Part shown: one piece after another, positions 49,794 to 58,870 of the stretch
Layout of the letters: each line of letters opens with the position of its first letter
How positions within the stretch are numbered: the first letter of the stretch is position 1
Origin: an uncultured Croceicoccus sp.
Lineage (GTDB): Bacteria > Pseudomonadota > Alphaproteobacteria > Sphingomonadales > Sphingomonadaceae
Reading direction: 5' to 3'
Assembly (NCBI RefSeq): GCF_947496385.1
Contig: NZ_CANMCP010000002.1
Coordinates: forward strand, 229,035 to 293,034
DNA: 64,000 nucleotides
Notes under the pieces: generated by a model
Told to the model about the DNA's origin: nothing
Databases searched by the model: none
The model's input: the letters and a program-made list of their open reading frames with translations, nothing else
Program-made: the position numbers and the translations under genes

Positions 49794-50540
49794 ATGGTTC
49801 CCCTTTCGTTCGCAGATCAGGAATGGCGCATCGTCGATGGCCGTGCGCTCTTTTGGCCGCGCGAGGATGCGTTGCTGGTGGCGGACCTGCATCTTGAAAA
49901 GGCGAGCTTTTACGCGCGCACCGGACAGATGCTGCCGCCGTATGACAGCCGGGAAACGCTCGAACGGGTGGCCGCCGCGATCCGCAGCACGGGCGCGCGG
50001 CGGGTCTTCACGCTGGGCGACAATTTTCACGATGCGGGCGGGCCGGGCCGGCTGGAGGCGCATGCACGCGGCATGCTCGACGCGCTGACGCGGGCGGTGG
50101 ACTGGGTCTGGATCACGGGCAATCACGATGCGAAGGATTACCTCGCCCCCGCGCATCACCGCCACCGGGAGGCCGACGCCCCCGGCGGCACGCAGGTCGA
50201 GGAACTGGAAACCGGCGGCATCGTGCTGCGCCATCAGGCGAAGGCCGGCGAAACCCGTCCGGAATTGTCCGGCCATTTCCACCCCCGCCTGCAGATCATG
50301 GTGAAGGGGCGCCGCATCGTCCGGCCCTGTGCCGTGATCGGCGACGGCGCGAACGATGGCGACGAAACGGGTACGGGCACGGGCGCGCGCATGATCCTTC
50401 CCGCATTTGGCACGTTGACGGCGGGCATGGATGCGGGCGATGCGGCGATCGTCCATGCCATGCAACCGGCGCGGCATATTACGGCAATGGTGCCCGCGGC
50501 GGGCCGGTTGCTGCGCTTTCCCTTGTGGCAGGCGGCGTGA
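49794..50540 (+). CDS. pdeM: metallophosphoesterase of the ligase-associated DNA damage response endonuclease PdeM family
   Basis: ATG 49794 (MVPLSFADQEW...) inside ORF 48786..50540, with LLVADLHLEKASF, TLGDNFHD and ITGNHD motifs. Confidence 0.75.
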   Translation: MVPLSFADQEWRIVDGRALFWPREDALLVADLHLEKASFYARTGQMLPPYDSRETLERVAAAIRSTGARRVFTLGDNFHDAGGPGRLEAHARGMLDALTRAVDWVWITGNHDAKDYLAPAHHRHREADAPGGTQVEELETGGIVLRHQAKAGETRPELSGHFHPRLQIMVKGRRIVRPCAVIGDGANDGDETGTGTGARMILPAFGTLTAGMDAGDAAIVHAMQPARHITAMVPAAGRLLRFPLWQAA

Positions 50541-50729
50541 TTGCGCCCTTGCGAAACGGGCGTTTCATCCCCATCTCTTTCGCGAGTGAAGGAACTTGCG
50601 GGCCACCTGGTGCGTAAGCGAGTTCACAAAGGCGCGATTCTGGGATAAGAGCGCGCCTGTAAGCGGTCTTTCGCGATTCTGCGGACGGCCGCCCGTTTTT
50701 TCTAATAAGCCACCTCAGGAGAAGGCCCC

Positions 50730-51272
50730 ATAGCACGTCCCCCTCGCCGATCATTGCAACCGCCGGTCAAGAGCGGCCCGCGATACAACACCATGATTCA
50801 GTCCGACAAGGTTCGGGTCATCGACGACGAGGGCGAAAACCTGGGGGTCATGTACACGCGCGAAGCGATCGAGCGCGCGGCTGAGACGGGGCTGGACTTG
50901 GTTGAGGTCTCTCCGAACGCAGACCCGCCGGTGTGCAAGTTCCTCGATGTCGGCAAGTTCCGGTACGAGGCGCAGAAGAAAGCCAATGCGCAGCGTAAGA
51001 CGCAGAAGACGCAGGAGCTTAAAGAAATCAAGATGCGTCCGAACATCGACGATCACGATTACGATGTGAAGATGCGCAACGTGAACAAGTTCCTGGAAAA
51101 CGGCGACAAGGTGAAACTGACGCTGCGTTTCCGCGGCCGCGAAATGGCGCACCAGGAACTCGGCATGGACCTGTTGAAGCGGGTGCAGGACGATGTTCGC
51201 GAAATCGCCAAGGTGGAGGCGTTTCCCCGCCTCGAAGGGCGACAGATGCTGATGGTGCTGGCGCCGAAATAA
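50730..51272 (+). CDS. infC: translation initiation factor IF-3, non-AUG start
   Basis: The reading frame is open from the TAA at 50706. AGGAGAAGG (50717-50725) lies 4-5 nt before ATA 50730. The track's TTG 50754 has no SD, and the first ATG (50793) would delete the conserved GPRxN segment. Confidence 0.88.
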   Translation: MARPPRRSLQPPVKSGPRYNTMIQSDKVRVIDDEGENLGVMYTREAIERAAETGLDLVEVSPNADPPVCKFLDVGKFRYEAQKKANAQRKTQKTQELKEIKMRPNIDDHDYDVKMRNVNKFLENGDKVKLTLRFRGREMAHQELGMDLLKRVQDDVREIAKVEAFPRLEGRQMLMVLAPK

Positions 51273-51300
51273 GCGCCCGCACGATCGCGACGATCACGAT

Positions 51301-51331
51301 GCCGTCCGGAGACGATCCGGGCGGCATTTTT
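51301..51331 (+). terminator. intrinsic terminator after infC
   Basis: gccgtccgg / ccgggcggc stem (9 bp, one G-U) with a 7-nt loop, followed by ATTTTT. Confidence 0.7.
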
Positions 51332-51510
51332 CGTGGCAAGCCTGCTCCGCCGGGCGTGGGGCTATCCTCCTCTTCGGATATATGCGGCGCGATCTTCGTT
51401 GGTTGGGCAACCCATTTGTAATCGAGCACCCGCCGGCGACGCTTTATTGGCGTCGAATGCGGAAACAGGTTACGAATGAAACCTGACAAGACAGAGGATC
51501 CGCCAAACCC

Positions 51511-52833
51511 ATGACCGATACGTCCCGACCCGATCAGCCCACCCCGCGCCGCAAGCCGAAACCCGCGCTGGAATCCATTGGCGGGCGCAAGATTTCGCCG
51601 ACCACCGCGATGATGGGCTATGGCTTCGATCCCGTCCTGTCCGAAGGCGCGCTCAAGCCGCCGATCTTCCTCACCTCCACCTTCGCGTTCGAAAGCGCGG
51701 CGGCGGGCAAGCGCCATTTCGAAGGGCTGACCGGGCAACGCGAAGGCGGCGCCGAGGGGTTGGTCTATTCCCGCTTCAACGGCCCGAATCAGGAAATTCT
51801 GGAAGACCGGCTCGCCATCTGGGACGCGGCGGAAGAAAGTCTGGTGTTCTCTTCCGGCATGTCGGCGATCGCAACGCTGCTGCTCGCCAATTGCAAGGCG
51901 GGCGATGTCATCCTGCATTCCGGCCCGCTCTATGCCGCAACCGAAGGGTTCATTTCCAAGATCATGGCCCGTTACGGCGTCGATTACGTCGATTTCGCCG
52001 CCGGCGCGAGCCGCGAGGACATGGCCAGCACCATCGACGAGGCGAAGGAGAAGGCGAAGGCAAACGGCGGCGATCTTGCCATGATCTACCTCGAAAGCCC
52101 GGCCAATCCGACCAATGCTCTCGTCGATATCGAGGCGATTGCCGCGCTTCGCGACGCGGCGTTTGCGGGCGAAGGGACCGTGCCCCCGATCGCCATCGAC
52201 AACACGTTCCTCGGCCCGTTGTGGCAACGTCCGCTCGACCATGGGGCCGACATCGTGATCTATTCCCTCACCAAATATGTGGGCGGGCATTCCGACCTGG
52301 TAGCGGGGGGCCTGTCGGGCGCGAAAAAATGGATCGATCCCGTGCGGGCCTTGCGCAATACGATGGGCACGATCTGCGACCCGAACACGGCGTGGATGTT
52401 GCTGCGCAGTCTGGAGACAGTGGAACTGCGCATGACGCGCGCGGGCGAAAACGCGGCGAAGGTGTGCGCGTTTCTCGCCGAGCATCCGAAGGTGGAGCGT
52501 CTGGGCTATCTCGGCATGATCGCCGATGCGTCGCAGAAAGACATCTACGACCGCCATTGCCTCGGCAGCGGATCGACCTTTTCCGTCTTCGTGAAGGGTG
52601 GAGAAGCCGAAAGCTTCGCCTTTCTCGACGCGCTGAAGATCGCGAAGCTCGCAGTCAGCCTCGGCGGGACCGAAACGCTGGCGAGCCATCCCGCGGCGAT
52701 GACACACATCTCAGTCCCGCCCGAACGCAAGGCCAGGCTCGGCATCACGGACAATCTCGTGCGAGTCTCCATCGGGATCGAGGATGCCGACGACCTCATC
52801 GCCGATTTCGATCAGGCATTGGCGCAGGCATGA
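51511..52833 (+). CDS. PLP-dependent Cys/Met-metabolism enzyme (cystathionine gamma-synthase / methionine gamma-lyase family)
   Basis: 440 aa with YSRFNGPNQEILEDRLA, FSSGMSAI and the PLP lysine in SLTKYVGGHSD. Confidence 0.8.
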   Translation: MTDTSRPDQPTPRRKPKPALESIGGRKISPTTAMMGYGFDPVLSEGALKPPIFLTSTFAFESAAAGKRHFEGLTGQREGGAEGLVYSRFNGPNQEILEDRLAIWDAAEESLVFSSGMSAIATLLLANCKAGDVILHSGPLYAATEGFISKIMARYGVDYVDFAAGASREDMASTIDEAKEKAKANGGDLAMIYLESPANPTNALVDIEAIAALRDAAFAGEGTVPPIAIDNTFLGPLWQRPLDHGADIVIYSLTKYVGGHSDLVAGGLSGAKKWIDPVRALRNTMGTICDPNTAWMLLRSLETVELRMTRAGENAAKVCAFLAEHPKVERLGYLGMIADASQKDIYDRHCLGSGSTFSVFVKGGEAESFAFLDALKIAKLAVSLGGTETLASHPAAMTHISVPPERKARLGITDNLVRVSIGIEDADDLIADFDQALAQA

Positions 52834-53579
52834 CAGCGCCGCGGCTGCTCTTCGTTCACGGCGCGGCGGGCGATGCGCGGATCTGGAACCCGGTGATCGC
52901 CGCCCTGCCCGGCGGGTGGCAGGCCGAGGCGATCACCCTCACCTATTTCGGTGATGCGGCCTGGCCGGATGAGGGCGAAGGTTTCAGCACGGCCCTGCAC
53001 GCGCGCGAATTGTGCGACCATGCCGCGCGCATGGGCGGCGACGTGCGCATCGTGTGCTGGTCCTATGCCGTGCATGTAGGGTTGCAGGCGCTGCTCGACC
53101 GGCCGGAATTGTTTGCGGATGCGTTTTTCTACGAGGCCGGCTTGCCGCATTACCTGTCCGACGCGGATGAGATCGAACGCTTCTCACGCGATTTCAAATC
53201 GTGTTTCGGCCCGGTCGGCGCCGCGTTGAAGAAGGATGGTGCGGTCGCCGCGGTGCGTGCCCTGATCGGTCCGGGTTTCGCCCGCATGGCGCCGGAGCGG
53301 CAGGCCATCTACGAATCCAATGCCGCGATGATGCCGCTGCTCATGGGCGGGGGGCAGGCCCCGGCGAAAATCGGACCGGCCGAACTCGCGCGGATCGAAA
53401 CGCCGTGCCGCGTCGCGATGGGCGCCGATACGCGCCCCGCCTTCGCCTTGCCGAGCCGCGCGCTGGCAGATGCCTTGCCCGATTGCGATCTGGTCGCGGT
53501 GCCGGGCGCGCAGCATTTCCTGCCCGAAACCGATCCGGCGCGCTTTGCCGGACTGGTCGAGGAATGGGCGGCGCCCTAG
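52830..53579 (+). CDS. alpha/beta-hydrolase-fold protein
   Basis: ATG 52830 has an ATGA overlap with the preceding gene. LLFVHGAAGDARIW and C-terminal VPGAQHFLPETDP are fold-typical. The nucleophile elbow is atypical (CWSYA). Confidence 0.6.
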   Translation: MTAPRLLFVHGAAGDARIWNPVIAALPGGWQAEAITLTYFGDAAWPDEGEGFSTALHARELCDHAARMGGDVRIVCWSYAVHVGLQALLDRPELFADAFFYEAGLPHYLSDADEIERFSRDFKSCFGPVGAALKKDGAVAAVRALIGPGFARMAPERQAIYESNAAMMPLLMGGGQAPAKIGPAELARIETPCRVAMGADTRPAFALPSRALADALPDCDLVAVPGAQHFLPETDPARFAGLVEEWAAP

Positions 53580-54922
53580 ATTTCCGGCGCGCCCTCGCCG
53601 ACGATCCGGTCGGCCATGGCGCGCACATCGACCCTCGCCTTGAGCCGCGCGGCGAGCAGCGCCGTCCCGCTGATCTTGCGCTGCACGAAGAGCACGTCGG
53701 CGGGCGGCAGGTGCCAGCTCGCCCGGTCCTGCGCGATCGCCATGCCCTCCTCGCGCAGGATCGACACGAACGCACGGTCGCCGAAATCGAACGGGCCGGG
53801 CTTGTGCATTTCGGCGACGATCACGTCGATCATGTGGTCGACACGCACCCGGTGCCGCGTCGCGACGGCGGGCGCCATGAAGCCCGCGGCAATGGCGGCG
53901 GCGCGGATGCGGTCCCGGTCCTGCGCCAACCCTGCGCGGAGCAATTCGCGGTATCCTTCCACCACCGCATCGCTCACCCCCCGCGCCGCGCCGAAATCGA
54001 GCAGGACGATCCGGCCCGTTTCGGGCTGGTACCGGTAGTTCGCGAAATTCGGATCGGTCTGCATCTGCCGGAATTCGAACAATTCGCGCAGCACGATGCC
54101 GATCAGGATCCGCATCGCCCGGTCCCGCCGATCCTGGCTTTCGCTTTCCAGCGTTTCGATGGGCTGCCCCTCAACGAAACGCATCGCGAGGATATTGCGC
54201 GTCGTGAGATCGCGGTCGAGCAGGGGCACCACCACGTCCGCATCGTCGGCGAGCAAGGCGCCGAACCGCGCCATCTGCTCCCCTTCGCGCAAATAATCCG
54301 CCTCCTCCGCCAATTGCGCCTTCGCCGCGGCGAGCAAAAGCGCGATGTCGAGCTCGCGCGGAAGCAGGTTCGATATGCGAAACAAGTTCGCGACATTATC
54401 GACATCGGCATCGATGCTTTCGCGCACGCCGGGGTATTGGACCTTGATCGCGAGTTCGCGCCCGTCGCGCGTGGTGGCACGATGCACCTGCCCGATGGAG
54501 GCGGCGGCCATGGGGCGCGGTTCGAACCGGCGGAAATGGCGGCGCCAGTCCTCCCCCCATTCGGAGGCCAGCACAAGCTGCATCTGGGCCGGCGGCATGT
54601 GATGTGCATTTTCGCGCAGGCGGGCCATGATCTCGGCGAGTTCGGGCGGCAACATGTCGCCCGCATCCATCGAGATCATCTGCCCCAGCTTCATCGCCGC
54701 ACCGCGCAGGTTTGACAAACGGTCGGCCAGCCGCGACACATTGCCGGGCGTGAGCAACATGTCGCGCATGCGCGGCCGCTCCCCGCCGGCAATCCGGCGC
54801 GCACCCTCCGCCATCATGCCGCCCGCGACACCGGTCGCCAGCCGTCCGAACTGTCCCAGCCGCGAAAGCCGGCCGCTGGGCACGGTGCGGTGGCGGTCGT
54901 CGCCGTCGCCGTCGCCGCTCAT
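53576..54922 (-). CDS. ABC1/UbiB (AarF) atypical kinase family protein
   Basis: 448 aa with MKLGQMIS, AAASIGQVHRA and NILAMRFVEG motifs of the ABC1 family. Confidence 0.8.
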   Translation of the reverse strand: MSGDGDGDDRHRTVPSGRLSRLGQFGRLATGVAGGMMAEGARRIAGGERPRMRDMLLTPGNVSRLADRLSNLRGAAMKLGQMISMDAGDMLPPELAEIMARLRENAHHMPPAQMQLVLASEWGEDWRRHFRRFEPRPMAAASIGQVHRATTRDGRELAIKVQYPGVRESIDADVDNVANLFRISNLLPRELDIALLLAAAKAQLAEEADYLREGEQMARFGALLADDADVVVPLLDRDLTTRNILAMRFVEGQPIETLESESQDRRDRAMRILIGIVLRELFEFRQMQTDPNFANYRYQPETGRIVLLDFGAARGVSDAVVEGYRELLRAGLAQDRDRIRAAAIAAGFMAPAVATRHRVRVDHMIDVIVAEMHKPGPFDFGDRAFVSILREEGMAIAQDRASWHLPPADVLFVQRKISGTALLAARLKARVDVRAMADRIVGEGAPEI

Positions 54923-54929
54923 CGCGCCG

Positions 54930-57125
54930 TCACACCGCGGGCAAACGGTCGAGATATTTGTCCAGCGTCAACGGATAGTCGCGCACCCGCACCCCGGTCG
55001 CGTTATAGGCGGCGTTGGCGATCGCCGCCCCCACGCCGCAAATGCCAAGCTCGCCCACGCCCTTCGCCTTCAATGGCGAGATGATCGGATCGAGCGTGTC
55101 CAGGAATACCACCTCCTGCGGCGGGATGTCGGCATGGACCGGCACCTCGTATTGGGCAAGGTCGTGATTGGCGAAGAAGCCGAAGCGTTTATCCACCACC
55201 AGGTGTTCGGTCAGCGCCGCGCCCGCGGCCATCACCATCCCGCCGATCACCTGGCTGCGCGCCGAAAGCGGGTTGAGGATACGGCCCGCGTCGCACACGG
55301 CGAGCATCCGGCGGATGCGGATCTCGCCGGTGAAGACATCGACATCCACCTCCACGAAATGGCCTGCATAGGTGCCGATGTCGTACTCCTGCTTGAACTT
55401 GCCAAAGCTCATTTCGCCATCGACGGACATCGCGCCTGCCTCGCGCAGCGCGCTGCTGCGCCCGCCGCCGCTGATCCGCCCGTCGGCAAATTCGGCCCGC
55501 GCCGCGTCATAGCCGAGCTTTTGTGCGATCGCCTCGCGCAGGTTGACGCACGCGGCGTATACGCCGGCGGTCGCACTCGCCGCGCCCCATTGCCCGCCGG
55601 ACCCCGCCGACACGGGAAAGCGCGAATCGCCAAGATGCACCGTCACATCGTCGAGCGGCACGCCCATGCATTCCGCCGCGGTCTGCGCGATAATGGTATA
55701 GCTGCCCGTGCCGATGTCGGTCATGTCGGTTGCGACCGAGATGCGCCCGGCATCGTCAATCCCGACCCGCGCCGCCGATGTCCGCGCCGGCGCCGCGCGA
55801 TAGCCCGCCGCGACGCCCATCCCCGTCAGATAGCGGCCGTTGCGCCGCGACGCGGGACGCGCCGAACGCTTCGACCATCCGAAACGCTCCGCCCCTTCGC
55901 GCAGGCAACGGGTGAGATGGCGGTCCGAAATCTTCGTCTGCTCGCCGCCGGGGATGCGGTCCTTCACATCGTTGGCGATGCGCAGTTCGACCGGATCGAT
56001 GCCCAGCTTTTCGGCAAGCTCGTCCATCGCCACTTCGAGCGCCATGTGCCCCGGCGTTTCGCCCGGCGCGCGCATCGCATTGCCTTCGGGCAGGTCGAGC
56101 TGCGCGATATAGCATGCCGTCATCCGCCCCGCGCCCGCGTAAAGCTTCGGCGTCTGCAGCGTGCCGTCCTCCGGTCCTTCGCCGGTGATATTGCCGGACC
56201 AGCATTCATGCCCCATCGCCGCGATCCGCCCGTCGCGATCCGCGCCGATGCGCACACGCTGTATCGTGGCGTGCCGGTGGGTGGTGTTGTTGAACATCAA
56301 CGGACGCTGCAACGCGAGCTTGACCGGGCGTTTTGCCGCCTTCGCGGCCAGCGCGGCCATCACCGCATCGGCCCGCACGAACAGCTTGCCGCCGAAGCCG
56401 CCGCCAATGAACGGCGAATCGACGCGGATCTTGTCCGCATCCATGCGCAGGATCGAGGCCAGCGCCTGCCGCCCCCATTCGACCATCTGGTTCGAGGTCC
56501 AAACGGTGAGCGCGTCGCCATCCCATGCCGCGATGGTCGCGTGCGGCTCCATCATCGCATGCGCTTCGTCCGGGGTGGTGTAGGTTTCATCGACTGTCAC
56601 CGCAGAGCCCGCAAACGCACCGTCGAAATCGCCGACCGACGAACGTGCCGGTTCCCCGCGCTCCATCGCGATCGGGGCGCCCGGCTTTGCAGCCTTGAGA
56701 TCGAAGGCACCGTCCGCGCTTTCGTAACGCGTGCGGATGAGACCGGCCGCGGCGCGGGCCTGTTCGAAGGTTTCGGCCACGACGCAGGCGATCGCCTGAT
56801 GGTAATGCGAAACCTCGCGGCCACCGAACAGCGGGGCGAAATTGAAATCGCTGCTGCCGACCGGTTCGTGCTCGGTCGCGGCGACGATGGCGATGACGCC
56901 GGGCGCGGCACGCGCCTCGGCGAGATCCATGGACACGATGCGACCCTTGGCGATCGCCGAACCCACGATCCAGCCATAGGCCTGTCCTGCCGCGACGTCG
57001 TGGCGTTCGTAGGCATAGGGCGCGGTGCCCGTGACCTTTCGCGCGCCGTCGATCCGGGGCGTGGACTTGCCCACGATCCGGGCGCGGTCGAACAGATTGT
57101 CTCCTGCGGGGCTATCGAATTTCAT
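54930..57125 (-). CDS. paoC: aldehyde oxidoreductase molybdopterin-binding large subunit (PaoC/YagR-like, xanthine dehydrogenase family)
   Basis: 731 aa. The length, subunit order and motifs (GGGFGGK, the C-terminal GVGELG) match the PaoABC-type enzyme. Confidence 0.8.
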   Translation of the reverse strand: MKFDSPAGDNLFDRARIVGKSTPRIDGARKVTGTAPYAYERHDVAAGQAYGWIVGSAIAKGRIVSMDLAEARAAPGVIAIVAATEHEPVGSSDFNFAPLFGGREVSHYHQAIACVVAETFEQARAAAGLIRTRYESADGAFDLKAAKPGAPIAMERGEPARSSVGDFDGAFAGSAVTVDETYTTPDEAHAMMEPHATIAAWDGDALTVWTSNQMVEWGRQALASILRMDADKIRVDSPFIGGGFGGKLFVRADAVMAALAAKAAKRPVKLALQRPLMFNNTTHRHATIQRVRIGADRDGRIAAMGHECWSGNITGEGPEDGTLQTPKLYAGAGRMTACYIAQLDLPEGNAMRAPGETPGHMALEVAMDELAEKLGIDPVELRIANDVKDRIPGGEQTKISDRHLTRCLREGAERFGWSKRSARPASRRNGRYLTGMGVAAGYRAAPARTSAARVGIDDAGRISVATDMTDIGTGSYTIIAQTAAECMGVPLDDVTVHLGDSRFPVSAGSGGQWGAASATAGVYAACVNLREAIAQKLGYDAARAEFADGRISGGGRSSALREAGAMSVDGEMSFGKFKQEYDIGTYAGHFVEVDVDVFTGEIRIRRMLAVCDAGRILNPLSARSQVIGGMVMAAGAALTEHLVVDKRFGFFANHDLAQYEVPVHADIPPQEVVFLDTLDPIISPLKAKGVGELGICGVGAAIANAAYNATGVRVRDYPLTLDKYLDRLPAV

Positions 57126-57131
57126 GATGGT

Positions 57132-58082
57132 TTAGCTCCGCACTTGGGACAGAACGCCGGCGAGCGTGCGTTCGGCCAGTTTGATCTTGAAACGATTGTC
57201 CTCGGTCGGGCGCGCATCGGCAAAGGCGGCAGCAATGACCGCGCCTGCGCCCTGCGGCAGGGCGGCATCGGCCGCCGCCACGCGCCACGGCCGCGGCGCG
57301 ACCCCGCCGAACGCGACGCGCCCGGTGCCATCGGGCGCGATGACGGCCGCGACCGACACCAGCGCAAAGGCATAGGATGCACGGTCGCGCACCTTTTCGT
57401 AGAAATGCTGCCCGGGCGGCGGCGGCGGAAGCACGACGTGGGTGATGATCTCACCGGGTTGCAGCACGGTTTCCACATGCGGCGTATCGCCCCACAACCG
57501 GTGAAATTCGCCCAGCGGAATGGACCGGGCCTGCCCGTCGGGGCGCATCGTTTCCACCCTTGCGTCGAGCACGCGCATCGCCACGGCCATGTCGCCGGGA
57601 TAGGTCGCGATGCATGCATCCGACGTGCCGATCACGCCCAATTGCCGCGAATGGCCGTTGATCCCGGCGCACCCGCTGCCGGGATCGCGCTTGTTGCACG
57701 GCATGTTGGTGTCGTAGAAATAGGAACAGCGCGTGCGTTGAAGCAGGTTGCCGCCGGTCGTCGCCTTGTTCCGCAACTGCCCGCTCGCCCCCGCCTGGAT
57801 CGCGCGGGTTAGCACGGCATAATCGCGCCGCACCCGCGGATGCGCCGACAGCGCCGTATTGCTGACCAGCGTGCCGATGCGCAGGCCGCCCTCTTCCGTG
57901 TCCTCGACCGCGTCGAGGCCGATGTCCTGCACGTCGACAAGATGGACCGGCGTCTCGATCTCCAGCTTCATGAGGTCGAGCAGGTTCGTCCCGCCGGCGA
58001 TGAACTTCGCGCCGGGCCGGGCCGCGACGCTCGCGGCGGCGGCGGCGGGCGATGCGGCGCGTTCGTAGGTAAAGCTTCGCAT
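57132..58082 (-). CDS. paoB: aldehyde oxidoreductase FAD-binding subunit (PaoB/YagS-like)
   Basis: 316 aa with the FAD-binding [13 protein letters not shown]. Confidence 0.8.
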   Translation of the reverse strand: MRSFTYERAASPAAAAASVAARPGAKFIAGGTNLLDLMKLEIETPVHLVDVQDIGLDAVEDTEEGGLRIGTLVSNTALSAHPRVRRDYAVLTRAIQAGASGQLRNKATTGGNLLQRTRCSYFYDTNMPCNKRDPGSGCAGINGHSRQLGVIGTSDACIATYPGDMAVAMRVLDARVETMRPDGQARSIPLGEFHRLWGDTPHVETVLQPGEIITHVVLPPPPPGQHFYEKVRDRASYAFALVSVAAVIAPDGTGRVAFGGVAPRPWRVAAADAALPQGAGAVIAAAFADARPTEDNRFKIKLAERTLAGVLSQVRS

Positions 58083-58085
58083 GAG

Positions 58086-58727
58086 TTAGCCCTTCGCGAC
58101 TTCGGCCATGGCATCGGCGATGTTGGAATAGGCGCCGCAGCGGCAGATATTCCCGCTCATCCGCTCGCGCATTTCCATGTTGGTGGGGCGGATCGCCCCA
58201 GTGAGGTCATCCGTCACATGGCTCGGAATGTCGCGGGCAATCTCGTTCAATGTCGCAACGGCGGAACAGATCTGCCCCGGCGTGCAATATCCGCATTGAT
58301 AGCCGTCGTGGCGCACGAAGGCATCCTGCATCGGGTGAAGATCGCCAGGCGTGCCCAGCCCTTCGATCGTGGTAATCTCGTCCCCTTCGTGCATGACCGC
58401 GAGGCTGAGGCAGCTGTTCACCCGCTCCCCGTTGACCATGACGGTGCACGCGCCGCATTGGCCGTGGTCGCAGCCTTTCTTGCTCCCGGTGAGCTGCAGA
58501 TGTTCGCGCAGCGTGTCGAGCAGGGTCGTGCGCGTGTCGACATTGACCTCGCGCCGGGTGCCATTGACGGTCATGGCGACGTCCATCTTTGCAGGCGCCG
58601 GATGCGCTGGCCGGGCCGTGCCCGCCCCCTGCGCCGCGACGGGCATGGTCTTGGCAATGGCGACGGATGCCACCCCGCCCGCAAGGACACCGCGCCGCGA
58701 TGCGTTCAAAAATCCGTTATCCGTCAT
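58086..58727 (-). CDS. paoA: aldehyde oxidoreductase [2Fe-2S] subunit with Tat signal (PaoA/YagT-like)
   Basis: ATG 58727 ([18 protein letters not shown]...) carries a twin-arginine motif. It has the [11 protein letters not shown] and CGYCTPGQ cluster motifs. Confidence 0.8.
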   Translation of the reverse strand: MTDNGFLNASRRGVLAGGVASVAIAKTMPVAAQGAGTARPAHPAPAKMDVAMTVNGTRREVNVDTRTTLLDTLREHLQLTGSKKGCDHGQCGACTVMVNGERVNSCLSLAVMHEGDEITTIEGLGTPGDLHPMQDAFVRHDGYQCGYCTPGQICSAVATLNEIARDIPSHVTDDLTGAIRPTNMEMRERMSGNICRCGAYSNIADAMAEVAKG

Positions 58728-58870
58728 GGGCGTCCCATTTTTCTGATGGAGAGGGCAATGCGATATGTTCGGCATTCCCGGATGGGGCAGCGTAGCGCCG
58801 CCGCCCGATCATGGCAAATGTCCCCGAAAGCGGAGCTGACGCACGCGGACCGCGCGAACACAGCTGCGGT

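Noticed and set aside
54627-57812. 1061-aa plus-strand ORF, the longest in the window
   Set aside because: It is antisense to paoC/paoB and the start of the ABC1 gene. Its composition is dominated by R/A/G/H/D and it has no motifs. The opposite strand carries well-supported genes.
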